From: Octopus vulgaris
Taxonomy: Eukaryota
Reading direction: 5' to 3'
Assembly: GCA_951406725.2 (NCBI GenBank)
Contig: OX597815.1
Span: forward strand, 16,244,001-16,308,000
DNA: 64,000 nt
The position numbers were made by a program, and so were the translations under genes. Shown here one piece after another: positions 1 through 13,676 of this stretch. The notes under the pieces were generated by a model. That model was given only the letters and a program-made list of their open reading frames with translations. It was not told the DNA's origin and ran no database searches. The first letter of the stretch is position 1. The number at the start of each line of letters is the position of its first letter.

Positions 1-522
1 TGACAATGATCCCTCCAAGTCAATCAGGTCCATTGCCAGGGACATGGGAGTGTTTGAATTTCTTATCAGGCAGGTAGTGCATGAAGACATTTCATATTCC
101 ACATACAAGATGAGAAAGGGCCAATTTTTATCCCAAGCCATCAAGGACAAGAGGAAAGACCATGCCACAAAGCTTTTGAACAAACTCAAGCATCCCCTCC
201 AACCGAACATGCTTTGGTTTTTCTCAGACACAAGAAATTTCTGCCAGAATAAGATGGTGAACACACAGAACAACCGTTGGCTTGCCGTGTCGCTGAAAAA
301 TGTACCAAGAGTGATAAAAATCAAAGATCCAGTCAACATCATGGTGTTTGGAGTGATCACAAGTGATGGCAATATTATGCCTCCATTCATCTTCCCACAT
401 GACATCAGACTCAACACAGAGGCCTACATCAAGTGCCTGGAGGAGGTAGTGCTGCCCTGGGCCAAGAGGGTGGCTGCTGGAAGACCCTATGTCTGGCAAC
501 AGGACTCTGCACCATATCACAC
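1..522 (+). mobile_element. Tc1/mariner (maT/DD37D-like) transposase fragment, truncated
   Basis: ORF 44..544: WFFSD, MVFGVITSDG, YIKCLEEVVLPW, YVWQQDSAPYH; breaks off after the second Asp motif. Confidence 0.85.
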
Positions 523-825
523 AAATATTTTTATCGTTGTTTAATCCCAGATCAGTCCTGATTGAGCAGAACTGTCACATAAACTGCACTCCAGTTAAAC
601 CATTATATTTTTCTTCAAGGCAAAGTGCACCTAGGAAGACCGTAGCACATGATTTGAGAGAGATTTAGCTGCTACTTTTAGAAGACTAAGCAACTATATG
701 TAGGCTGATTTGAGTAAAAATTGGGGAACTGGTGCTTGCTGTAGCCACAAACTATGCCTCTTTACATGTGTACAAACCTATAATGACATGAAATGTGATA
801 ACTTGTTGAAGAAGTGAGTACTCCA

Positions 826-1055
826 GCGGCGAGCTGGCAGCAACGTTAGTATGCCGGGTGAAATGCAAAGCCGTATTTCGTCTGCCGTTACGTTCTGAGT
901 TCAAATTCCGCCGAGGTCAACTTTGCCTTTCATCCTTTCGAGGTCGATAAATAAAGTACCAGTTACACACTAGGGTCGATATAATCGACTTAATCCGTTT
1001 GTCTGTCCTTGTTTGTCCTCTCTGTGTTTAGCCCCTTGTGGGTAGTAAAGAAATA
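826..1055 (+). mobile_element. tRNA-derived SINE family A (~230 bp)
   Basis: GGCGAGCTGGCAG head, B-box GAGTTCAAATTCC, central GCCTTTCATCCTTTCGGGGTCGATAAA..GTACCAG, end GTAGTAAAGAAATA. Further copies near 1349-1579(+), 8121-8339(-), 12899-13128(+), 15584-15740(+), 35123-35352(+), 51147-51313(-), 54036-54264(-), 57335-57529(+). Confidence 0.88.
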
Positions 1056-1160
1056 GGTGTAATCCATGATGGAAAGTCATTGATCAGCTCAATTAAGGCC
1101 AACTTGAACGAGTGGAGCTGGGACCAAGCATCAACACAAACAACAAAAACATGTTCTTAC

Positions 1161-1262
1161 TTTGCAAAGTGTACTGCTTCTAAAGCTGGTTCCTCCTGGT
1201 TGCGTGACAGATAGGTCATTGCAGCGTACAAAGATTTGTGGAAGTCCCAGCTGGTGCTTAAC
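1161..1262 (-). CDS. ATM: ATM exon w36 (LSTSWDFHKSLYAAMTYLSRNQEEPALEAVHFA)
   Basis: ttccAG/GTAAGA; 102 nt; H.SLY.A motif. Confidence 0.9.
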
Positions 1263-4200
1263 CTGGAAAAATATAAGAGAAACATATATTTCTAAGAAGT
1301 TCTGATTACATGATGAAGAGGGTGAGTCTGACAATATATGGTAAAGATGGCGGCAAGTTGGCAGAAACGTTAGCACGCCGGGCGATATGCGTAGCCGTAT
1401 TTCGTCTGTCTTTACGTTCCGAGTTCAAATTCCGCCGAGGTCGACTTTGCCTTTCATCCTTTCGGGGTCGATAAACTAAGTACCAGTTACGCACTAGGGT
1501 CGATGTAATCGACTTAATCCGTTTGCCTGTCCTTGTTTGTCCCCTCTGTGTTTAGCCCCTTGTGGGTAGTAAAGAAATATAAATATATAGTAAAGATAAC
1601 TCTCTGGAGGGTACTGAACTGTAGGAAAAGAGAAATGCGTGTGCATGTGTGTGCGTGTGTAGCTGTACAGGTATTCACAATCAACAGTCTCAATACTGAC
1701 AAAGAATTTTCCATTTTGAGACCATAGGCATACTTTCAAGAAAACTCTTAGATTATTCCAATATAGACAGAAAAAAAAAAATTAAAGAAAACAACTTACC
1801 TAGTAGGTACATCTAGGTTCCACTGTGCTGTCCTCCAGGCAGCTTCATACTGTAATTCTTGCAGTTCAGGGGAGATGGAACTGTCCAGTTTATTGAGGTA
1901 GGTGCCCAAAATGTGGTTCAGTCCACATTTATGCAGTGACTGTCAATGGCATAAATAAATGATACTATATTATTGTCACTCCCCTATATAGCTGAGAGAA
2001 AAACATGCCAACAAGGTTTTTCTAACTTAAAACCAAGAGTGAGTGTTCAGAGATGGGTGTCTAAGTTCCTATAAGTGGATCAACAATTCATATTGTTTAA
2101 ATTTTCAGATTTAGTTAAAATTTATTAGCACGAAAATTAAAAGGAAATTATTTGTGTTCATCTCTTAAACTGTACAAGTGATATGGCACAGGGAACATCC
2201 AGCTCTTAATATGCAATGTTATGATAATGATTGTGATACCCATGGATAATGTCGATGATAAGAATATTAATCCTAGGCGGCAAGCTGGCAGAAACGTAAG
2301 CACGCCGGGCGAAATGCATAGCCGTATTTTGTCTGCCATTACGTTCTGAGTTCAAACTACGCCAAGGTCGACTTTGCCGTTCTTCCTTTCGGGGTCGATA
2401 AATTAAGTACCAGTTACGCACTGGGGTCGATGTAATCAACTTAATCCCTTTGTCTGTCCTTGTTTGTCCCCTCTATGTTTAGCCCCTTGTGGGTAGTAAA
2501 GAAATAGGTATTTCATCTGTTGTTACGTTCTGAGTTCAAACTACGCCAAGGTCGACTTTGCCGTTCTTCCTTTCGGGGTCGATAAATTAAGTACCAGTTA
2601 CGCACTGGGGTCGATGTAATCAACTTAATCCCTTTGTCTGTCCTTGTTTGTCCCCTCTATGTTTAGCCCCTTGTGGGTAGTAAAGAAATAGATAAGAATA
2701 TCAATCCTACTTCCTTACCTTGAGCATGCCCAGCTGCACAGTTGGCTCTGGTTCAGTCATTAGAATATCATAAGAAACAATGGCTTTCTTCCACTGGTTT
2801 TCATGTTCATAGAACTGAATTCTGTGAAAGGTAAATAATGTCAAATACAAAGTCAACAAGATAATATCAGATTTCAAGTGGATAAGTGGATATTAAAACT
2901 CAGTCCCCTATTCTTTAGACAAAAGGGACCAAATTTAGCACATTACACTGATAGTCATAGCAATAATCTATATATATATAAAGTTGAAGTTGTCTGTGTG
3001 TGTGGCAGGTTTGGTAGCCTTCAACTAACACTATCTCCTTCGAGACCCTGCAGTGCACGTTGACCAAAATTGAGAGTATGATAGAAGAAGGCTTGCTCTT
3101 CATTCCATAGAAGATAAAATTCAAATTGGACCGTGTTAAGACCAAAAATTATTTACATCAAAAAGGTGCTTTTTTTCTATGAAAATCCCAATTTTTTACG
3201 ATGTTTTGACTGCTGTGTCGCCATTTTTCGGTGTAATTTAACCAGAAAAATGTTCACTTAAAGAGAATAACAAGCTACATAATGCAAAATTTTTACTTTT
3301 CAAAAATTCCAATTCTAAAGGGTCGAAACAAACCCGAGTGATACTGCTAAAAAGACAACAATTTATGTAGATTATGACTGAATAAACAGTGTACGGTTGT
3401 AGTTGTTGACTAAATAGACACAGTGTGTAGATCTTATGAATATAAATTGTGTAGTATGTGTATGCTGTCATGATATATACAGTGTATTGATGTTGACTGG
3501 ACAGACAGACACAATGTGTGAATAAAATAAACTACTGTGGTTTATTTTTTTAGAAATGTCATTTTCACAAAAACCAACAATTAAGTCAGAATTAACATAA
3601 TTAATGTAATGAACATTAAAAACTTAATTAGAAATAATTAATGACATTAGCTCTATGACTAATGTTATTGTAATCATTTCAGCAAGTAAGGAAGATATAT
3701 TTTTGCATTACTAGACCTTCTCAGTGAAGCACGGATTTCAGTCTATTTGTATCGAGCCCTGTGCTAGTAGGGTATTAAGCGCACCATTTGAGTGTGATCG
3801 TCGCCAGAGCGGCTATCTGGCCTCCGTGTTGCTGGCATGTAAAAGACACCATTCGAGCGTGATCGTTACCAGTATTGCCTTACTGGCACCTGTGCCGGTG
3901 GCATGTGTAAAAGATTCGAGCGAGGTCATTACCAGTACCGCTTGACTGGCCCTGTGCTGGTGGCACATAAAGCACCCACTACACTCACAGAGTGGTTGGT
4001 GTTAGGAAGGGCATCCAGCTGTAGAAACTCTGCCAGATCAAGATTGAAGCCGAGTGCAGCCATCTGGTTCGCCAGCCCTCAGTCGTTCGTCCAACCCATG
4101 CTAGCATGGAAAGCGGACGTTAAACAATGATGATGATGATGAAGGAGAATAATATCATTTCACACTTTCCTGACTATATTTCTAAACAATAAAAAAAACT

Positions 4201-6777
4201 CTGAATCAGAAAATAATTATGAATTTAAAGCAATTCTTGATCTTGGGCTCCTTCTACATACAAGGAGCATGTGGATTCTGCAAGTAGAAACTGCTCTCTC
4301 TTGTATGAAAGTTCTAAGACATATAAATGAATAAAATTTTCTTGTATGAATCTGTTTACCTTGAAGTAGGATCTGAAAGGGTTCCAGCCCCACAACCATA
4401 GGGTCCATCTGGGTCCCCAATTTCTCGATAAGCCTTCAGCAATGTACCTTGTACTTTAACATGATTGTCAGTTAGTGAGGCAAACATGGCTAAACTATCT
4501 TGGAATCTTCCGTTTGTTTCTTCAGCTGAACTTTTTTCCTCCTGACTTTCCCTGAAAGAAACAAATTATTCCAGGTATTCTTTAAGATATTAAGTTAATA
4601 TTTCCGAGTACTTAATTCTGCACCATATCCATTTTCCAAACTGCTGTGAATAAAAGGCAGGGATTAAAATAAAATAAACAATAACTCTGAGCACCTTTTC
4701 AAACTTCACCCATCTAACACTCCTGGACATGTTTACAAAGTCAGAAAACAGCACAGTTCCCATGACTTTCAGAAACATTTTTTCACACTAAGAGTTGCAG
4801 AAGCATGGAACAAACTGCCGGCATCAGTTGTTAGTTGTCGGAGCACTGCATCCTTCAAAACTTCCATGCTTCCTGAGATCCGCCAACACTACACCTGATT
4901 TTCTCCCCTCCGTACACACACAAGCATGTATCTGACTCATACACTGTTCACTTCCCAGACATTTGTACATTACTGCATATGCTTTATATGCACTTTTGAC
5001 AAGTTGTGGTGCACCTGAACACTGTATACAATAATTTCATTATTATTTTAAAAGAAAGCTACTTAGTAACAGAGAGGTAATCTAGTTATGGAAAATTTTA
5101 AGTTAATTACATAGTGTGAAAGAAATCAGAATTGAACACTAACTCTATAAAACTCTGAGCTTCATAAAAGAATTGATATTTAAATTCTCAATCAAATCTT
5201 TAAAATTCTCACCAGGTCTCAAATTTTGGGATATTCCTTGAACATGATTGTTGTGTGTTTAGCCAGTCACATTTATTAAAATTTGATATTGTGCCAAGAG
5301 GTCTTATCATGTAAGTTACTTGGTGACTTCACTAGTATTGGAACCCAGTGCACTCTGTAAAGTGGTTGGCATTAAGGAGGGTATCTAGTGATTGAAACTT
5401 TGTCAAAGCAGACAATGGAACCTAATGCAGGAGTCTGGCTTATTGGTTCTTGTCAAACCATCTAACCCATGCTAGCATGGAATATATATTAAATGCTTTA
5501 GGTTATGATGATTTGTGCAATGTTAACTTTTATGTCATTTAGTCTATATATCCAAGTATAGCCATAATAGACATGGCCACAGTAAGTAAACCTGCAATGC
5601 TACAAGATAAATGATATAAGTTACAAGTTCAAATCCTGCTTAAGGCAGTGTATTGTCCTTGTACATATCATTTATTTTTGCTTCTCTCAAATTAAACTTA
5701 GTGTTTATTTTAGAAATAAATACATAATTATTACAATTTCAAAGGCAGTAGATTAAGTAAAACCATTAGAACTCAAGACAAAATTTCTTGGAGTATTTAG
5801 TTGCAACCTTTTACATTTAAAGTTCAAATACTGCCAAAGACAACTTTGTCTTTCATTCTTACTCACAGAAATACATTCAAATACTGGAGTGAATACAATT
5901 GATTGACACCATCCTTTAAATTTAAGGTTTTGTGCTTGTGTTAGAAATTATATATTTTTTCTAGGACACGCTCGAATGGTGCCATTTGAGTGTGATCGTT
6001 ACCAACGTCGCCTTACTGGCACCTGTGCCAGTGGCATGTGTAAAAAGATTCGAGTGAGGTCATTGCCAGTACCGCCTGACTGGCCCCTGTGCTGGTGGCA
6101 TGTGAAAAGCACCCACTACACTCTTGGAGTGGTTGGCATTAGGAAGGGCATCCAGCTGTAGAAACTCTGCCAGATCAGGATGGAGCTTGGTGCAGCCATC
6201 TGGTTCGCCAGCCCTCAGTCAAAATCGTCCAACCCATGCTAGCATGGAAAGCAGACGTTAAACGATGATGATGAGGAGGAGGACAATGATTAGCAAAACT
6301 AACAGAATACCAAACTAAACTTTTACAGTACTTAGTTTTGATTCAATACATTCTAAGCCCAAATTCTGCTAGAGTTGACTATGCCTTCCATTCTTCCTGC
6401 ATCATTCCAATAAATACCACTCTATTCACAGATCCCAACTCAATAACATTTCTGATTTTGTACAAATGTGAGAAATCATTATTAATATTTTTGTTCTCTG
6501 GCCACCATGTGTTTAGCTGAGCCCTCTGTATCATAAATATTTGGAACAGGGTTCTGGTCTGAGGATATTGCATCAGCTGCGGCTTCTTCCACTCCTTCCA
6601 CCATTGGTCTTAAAGGAGCTGAAAAAGGCTCAGGAATACTGTTTTTCCTCTTCTGATTGTTATAGAATAAAAGTGATATAGAAAAGAGTAAATCTCCATC
6701 TATCTTTTTCTAGAAAGAATGAAAGAAAGAAAGAAAGAGAGAGAGAAAGAAGGAGAGAAAGAGAGAGAGAGAGAGAT

Positions 6778-6846
<69 letters not shown>

Positions 6847-7796
6847 TTGAAGGAAAAGGTGTATATTACTTACATTTGAGCATACCACCAGATTTCAGAA
6901 TACAAGATGGCTGTGAAATGTGCAGAGCAGAAGTTGGCAGCTTTTGCAATGTGGCTGTAATCAAGGTCTAACCAGAAGTTGTTCTGCCAACTTGTCCGTG
7001 GACAATTCTCACTCCTGTAGACAAGAAAAAACAACACTGAGAAATAAAAATATTTATAAATATATTAAGAGTTTAGAAATTGAACCCATGACCTAATGAT
7101 TGTGAACCTGACACTTTAACTACTAGGCCATGTGCCTTCATATACAGATGCTAGATGCATGTACACAGACACACATACATAGGGTCAGAACTGGTGTATA
7201 TGTGTAAATATATATCATGTAAAAGACACCATTCGAGCGTGATCGTTACCAGCATCGCCTTACTGGCACCTGTGCCAGATCAAGATTGGAGCCTGGTGCA
7301 GCCATCTGGTTCGCCAGCCCTCAGTCATTCGTCCAACCCATGCTAGCATGGAAAGCGGATGTTAAACGATGATGATGATGATGATGATGATATATATATA
7401 TACACACACACACACACGTGTGTGCGTGTGTGTGTGTATGTATACATATCTTGATCACCAACTTAATGGGGAGGTTGTATTAGAACACAGACTACTGCGT
7501 TGTTTACCTTGGGAGAATAGACACTGAGATTCTATATATCACTGATGGAAGATTCAGTTGTTATCGTGCTGCTGGACGCCTGCCACTGAGGAGCCCATAG
7601 CAGGATGAACTCATGTGATCTGGCAGCCATACCAGGTGACATAATTACAAGTGCTTTTATGCACCATGAGCCCTTATGAGAAATCCTCTCAAGATAAATA
7701 ACACAGTATTCTGTGTTTTAACACAACTTCCACATTAAGTTGGAAATAAAAATTACCTTGGTATTATTACTGCTTGTCACTATTACACAGACACAG

Positions 7797-7837
<41 letters not shown>

Positions 7838-9404
7838 CTGTATTCGATGGCCTACAAGATGCACCTTTTTTATCCAGAAGTGGCTAAAAAATACCCCAGT
7901 GTCCAATGCATTCAATGTAGGCTCAAAACTCACTCAAAATGGTATGTATGTTTACAAAACGTATGCTGCCATCTGTTGGTGAACAATCACCTACGGTAAG
8001 TTTATATTGAATGTGGATGCAATAGATTGCTTATAATTACCAGTAATAACATAAAGTTATACAGGTAAGTGGAAGAATTAAAACATTATTTTAGTGGTAA
8101 TTTATTTTACAAAAATATATATTTCTTTATTGCCCAGAAGGGGCTAAACACAGAGGGGACAAACAAGGACAGACAAACGAATTAAGTCAATTACATCGAC
8201 CCCAGTGCGTAACTGGTACTTTATTTATCGACCCCGAAAGGCTGAAAGGCAAAGTCGACCTCGGCGGAATTTGAACTCAGAACGTAACGGCAGCTAAGCA
8301 TTTCGCCTGGCGCGCTAATGTTTCTGCCTGCTCGCCGCCTTATATTCTACAAACATATAGCCTAGGCTAGGGTGCGTCCTATGCACTTGTGCATCTTATA
8401 GGCCATCAAATACAATATATATATATTACAGAAGAAAGTATGAACAGGCAGTCTCAAGGTATCGAATTAATTTATAACATATTTATATAAAATATTGAAG
8501 AGAAATAAAATATAAAATATAGTCGGAAACCAAGTAAGCTCTGGAAGGTGAAAGTTCATAATGATTTGGCATAGACAAGTATATTCAAGGGCAAAGTAGA
8601 AAAGTAGTCTTTCGTGTTGCTGTGACCTATATACATAAGTAAAATCCCTGGTGTCACAGGTGAAAGATTCACAAGGAAAAGAATGGTGCAAGTAGTACTT
8701 ATCATCATCAACATCATCACATAACATCCTTTTTTCCATGCTGGTATGGGTTGGATGGTTTGACATGAACAAATGAACCAGAGTGACTTTTAACCTAGAC
8801 TAACTTTCAGTAACATCTATGAACTGTAGATAACTACAAACTCGGTGAGTGGTCTAATGCATCAAAACCACGGCTGCAGCTGCCGCCACCACCATGCCTC
8901 ACCAACCAGATTCTACACAAGATATCAGTTATGGAATGAAAGCCAAAGACAAACTGGCAGGAGACCATCAAGCTAGATCTTTGATTAGTGAGCTGTCAAT
9001 GGAAAAATGTGTTCATTATTGGTCTAAGAAAACATGTTAGAGGCTTGTGCCTACTTCATGATTCACAAAGGAGCTACTTAGTGTAAGTAAGAAACAAAGG
9101 TGAAATACTAGCCTCTTGGAAGATTTTTTTGCAGTGCGAGTTGTTCTAGGTTGCTGCCGAAGGTACTGTACAACGTTCAGCATCTTCTGTACAGACTGCT
9201 TATTCATGCATATTTTGATGGTATTACCTGCAGAGAGAGAGAGAGGACAAGAAGGAGAGATGGCATTCAATATCACGTTGTTTAAAATATGCTGTTGTGA
9301 TTCTGTCCAACCTATAAAAGCACATTCAAATAAATACAAGATTGACAAAGATGACTTATGTTGAACACTCTCATACTCTCATGTTTTCTTTCTTTTGTTT
9401 ACTT

Positions 9405-9437
<33 letters not shown>

Positions 9438-11617
9438 GTCATTCTCTTCCATACAGAGGCTATTTCTTACATAATTATATCTTTATATATAAAAGTGAAG
9501 TTGTGTGTCTGTCTCCTACGATTTAGATTCCTAACTACTCCCACATTTTGCGGTGCAGTGTAACCAAAGCCGGGTATCTTATAGTCGTGATTCATATCGA
9601 GCCCTTCTGGGTATTAGCGCGCATCTACAATGAGTCTACGATTAAAAAAAAATTTACCATCATTTTTTTTCATTTTAATGCATTTTTTTCGCTATTATAT
9701 AAGGGAAGTAACTCTCTAAAAATGTCTACGATGAGTCAACGATTTAAAAAAAAAATTTACCATAATTTTTTTCCCATTTTTAATGCATTTTTTTGCTATT
9801 TTTTGGCTATAGCTCTCTAAAAATGCTTATATAGTTATTTCCCTTACAAGCCCGAGCAACGCCGGGCGATACTGCTAGTGCTTACATAAATATCCACCTC
9901 TGATACATGGTTTTATATTCTTTCTCTTACAGATGCGCACAGGTGCATGCAAGCATGTATGCATGCACGCACACATGCACACACACACAAACAAACAAAC
10001 AAACATATCACTTGGACCTTGTGTTGGAGTGATAGATATTAGCAATGCCACAGACCTGTTGATTTTGAAGTCACATCTACATTGGGTGAGTTTGAGATGG
10101 ATGAATGCTGGACAAAGAAATTATTGATGTGTTGAGTGAGAACAGCTTCTATGTCACCTTCTTGATTCAAGCAGATGTCATGGACTAAATACGGCAAAAC
10201 CAATTCACAGAACTCAGTCTGAAATTCAACAACAATTTATATAACATTGATTATTTGGTCACAAACACAAGGTTGATTTTAGTATTAGGAAGGACATAGT
10301 AGATCATATATACACCAGTATCAGGCTGGTAAGTAGCTTATTGACCCTGAAGCCAGCGCCGCCTTGACTGGCTTCCGTGTCGGTGGCACATAAAAACCAC
10401 CAACCGATCGTGGCCATTGCCAGCCTCCTCTGGCACCTATGCCGGTGGCACGTAAAAAGCACCATCTCTACGTGGTCGATGCCAGCGCCAACTTGACTGG
10501 CTTCCGTGCCGGTGGCACGTAAAAAGCACCAACCGATCGTGGCCGTTGCCAGCCTCCTCTGGCACATAAAAAGCACCCACTACACTCATGGAGTGGTTGG
10601 CATTAGGAAGGGCATCCAGCTGTAGAAACACTGCCAGATCAGACTGGAGCCTGGTACAGCTTCCTGGCTTCCCAGACCCCAGTCAAACTGTCCAACCCAT
10701 GCTAGCATGGAAAACTGACGTTAAACGATGATGATGATGATGATGATTAGCCTCATGCTTGAGGTGAATTCATAATGCTGATGGATGAAACTAAGTGCTG
10801 TAAAGTATTTAGTAATTACACTCGATTGTTTTAAAGTTAGATTCATAAGACAATAAAAAGTTTCTGATGGTCACAGCTGGAACACCTAAGATTATAAAGA
10901 GCTGACCCAAGATTCAACAACAATTTACAGCTCTAATGATGAACTTGGTCAGATCAACCACTACAGGGAAGTTGGTACATTTTCATTGAATCACAATATA
11001 TTACTGGAGCTTGTTTTATTTAATTCAGGGAAACAAAAAAGCTAATTCAGTCAACAGTTGATAGGGCAGATTTAGGCTCCTATACTATCTGTTGGCAAAC
11101 CATTATAGGGAACCTTTTCCACCAATGCCCTATGATAACTTGTTGAGGAAGGTGAGAAACAGCAAATCAAGAGACTGTATTATCCTCTACTGGGAAATCT
11201 GGACTGAATATTTGCAGCAAAGGAAGTGGTGTTAAAGTGGGTGGCATGGAAGGCATAAACTCCTTCTCCCAACAAGAGGGAAGGTGATGGGCATGATGTG
11301 TTTATCGCAACACTTGTTTTGAGAAAAATGAATAGAGAAAATAGAATTTCAATTAAAGCCGGTTGTGGGCTGACCTACCTTAACCTGACAGATAGGGCCT
11401 AGAACTTGTAGCATTTCATCTTCCACAGCATCACTCTGGATCAAAGAACAAGTGAGGTTTCTGATCCAGTCACTATGGTTGCTATGACTGGGGTTCCAAA
11501 GCTCTTCATTGTCAATGTTGATGCTCTTGCTAGGGTCCTTGGTTGTAACATGACCTTTACTCTGGAAAACAAATATTATCCACAGAAAATAAAACAAATA
11601 ATTTTCAGTTCTGAGTT

Positions 11618-11704
<87 letters not shown>

Positions 11705-13609
11705 CTCTCTCTCTTTCTTTCCTTTTCTTTACAGAATGTACTGGGATGTTAAATAATTACATATATCACGATCATCACCGGGTTTGTAATCAGACTTAAT
11801 TAAAATTAAATGAAGGCCTGGAAGAAAATTAATAGGATGTTATTGTCAGAAAAGTGGTATAAATGAATCCAAAGCATAGTTCACCTTGAAGAAAGGGTAA
11901 AAGCTTTTGAAAAAGAAAGGGACATGTTGTAGGTTATTACGCTTAAATTGTCTCCCTGCTTTAGTGGACAGCATAGATCTTAGAACTTGAGCAGCACACT
12001 GGACAGTGGTCATACTGAAATAGAGAAATAGATTGACAAACATTAGATGATGATAAAAAGAGGGATCTGATTCCCATTCAATCATCAAATTCAAAGGATG
12101 TTTCCATACTTACTGACATTTGTAAATATAAATTACTCTAACTAAAGGATTAAAGTGGTTAACAATAGGAATGGCATCTAACTGTAAAGACAAATTATGT
12201 AGAAATAACCAAATTTAACACTAAGAAAAACTTCCATTACATCATCATCATCATTGTTTAATGTCTGCTTTCCATGCTAGCATGGGTTGGACGATTTCAC
12301 TGAGGTCTGGTGAATCAGATGGCTGCACCAGATTCCAATCTGATCTGGCAGAGTTTCTACAGCTGGATGCCCTTCCTAACACCAACCACTCCGAGAGTAT
12401 AGTGGGTGCTTTTATGTGCCACCGGCACGAGGGCCAGTCAGGCAGTACTGGCAATGGCTGCGCTCAAATGGTGCTTTTTATGTGCCACCTGCACAGGAGC
12501 CAGTCCAGCAGCACTGGCAACGACCTCGCTCGAATGATTTTTTTCACGTGCCACTAGCACAAGTGCTAGTAAGGCGACGCAGGTAAGGATCACGCTCAAA
12601 TGGTGCTTTTTACGTTCCACTGGCACGGAAGCCAGTTAGCTGCTCTGGCAACGATCTCGGCTGCAAAACTTCCATTAATGGCGAAATTGATGTAAAAAAC
12701 TCTACGATGATATTACCAATTCTGTGATGAAGGTAATGATGATGTTAAGGATGATTCTAATGATGATGAAGGACCAGCATGATGCTGGTGACAATTCTGT
12801 TGCTGATGCTCCTAATTCTGATGAATGTGATGATAGCAGTGATGGTGACATTGAAAATTCTAATGAACATGCTGGTGATGGTATTAACAATGTTAAAAGC
12901 GGCGAGCTGGCAGAAACGTTAGCACGCCGGGCAAAATGCTTAGCGGTATTTCGTCTGCTACTACGTTCTGAGTTCAAATTCTGCCGAGTTCGACTTTGCC
13001 TTTCGTCCTTTTGGGGTCGATTAAATATGTACCAGTTACGCACTGGGGTTGATGTAATTGACTTAATCCGTTTGTCTGTCCTTATTTGTCCCCTCTCAGT
13101 TTAGTCCCTTGTGGGTAGTAAAGAAATAGGTATTAACAATGTTACTAATTCTGATGAGCATGGTGATGGTAGTGATGATATTGATGATGACACAATAGGG
13201 AAGTGCACAATAGGCGCAGGAGTGGCTGTGTGGTAAGTAGCTTGCTAACCAACCACATGGTTCCGGGTTCAGTCCCACTGCGTGGCATCTTGAGCAAGTG
13301 TCTTCTGCTATAGCCTCGGGCCGACCAATGCTTTGTGAGTGGATTTGGTAGACGGAAAACTGAAAGAAGCCTGTCGTATATATGTATATATATATATGTA
13401 TGTGCGTGTGTATATGTTTGTGTGTCTGTGTTTGTCCCCCCTAGCATTGCTTGACAACTGACGCTGATGTGTAGACGGCTCGGCAAAAGAGACCGATAGA
13501 ATAAGTACTGGGCTTACAAAGAATAAGTCCCGGGGAGATTTGCTCAACTAAAGGCGGTGCTCCAGCATGGCCGCAGTCAAATGACTGAAACTGAAAGAAG
13601 CCTGTCGTA

Positions 13610-13676
<67 letters not shown>

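Noticed and set aside
4448-4449. Apparent donor CAAG|GTACAT inside exon w33
   Set aside because: The reading frame continues directly into conserved LLKAYREIGDPD, so there is no room for an intron.
7508-7620. Possible extra ATM exon with CCAAG|GTAAAC donor
   Set aside because: The frames I checked from the nearby acceptors contain stops and show no ATM similarity.
12724-13104. Asp/Met-rich 126-aa ORF
   Set aside because: A degenerate (GAT)n tract running into a SINE A copy.
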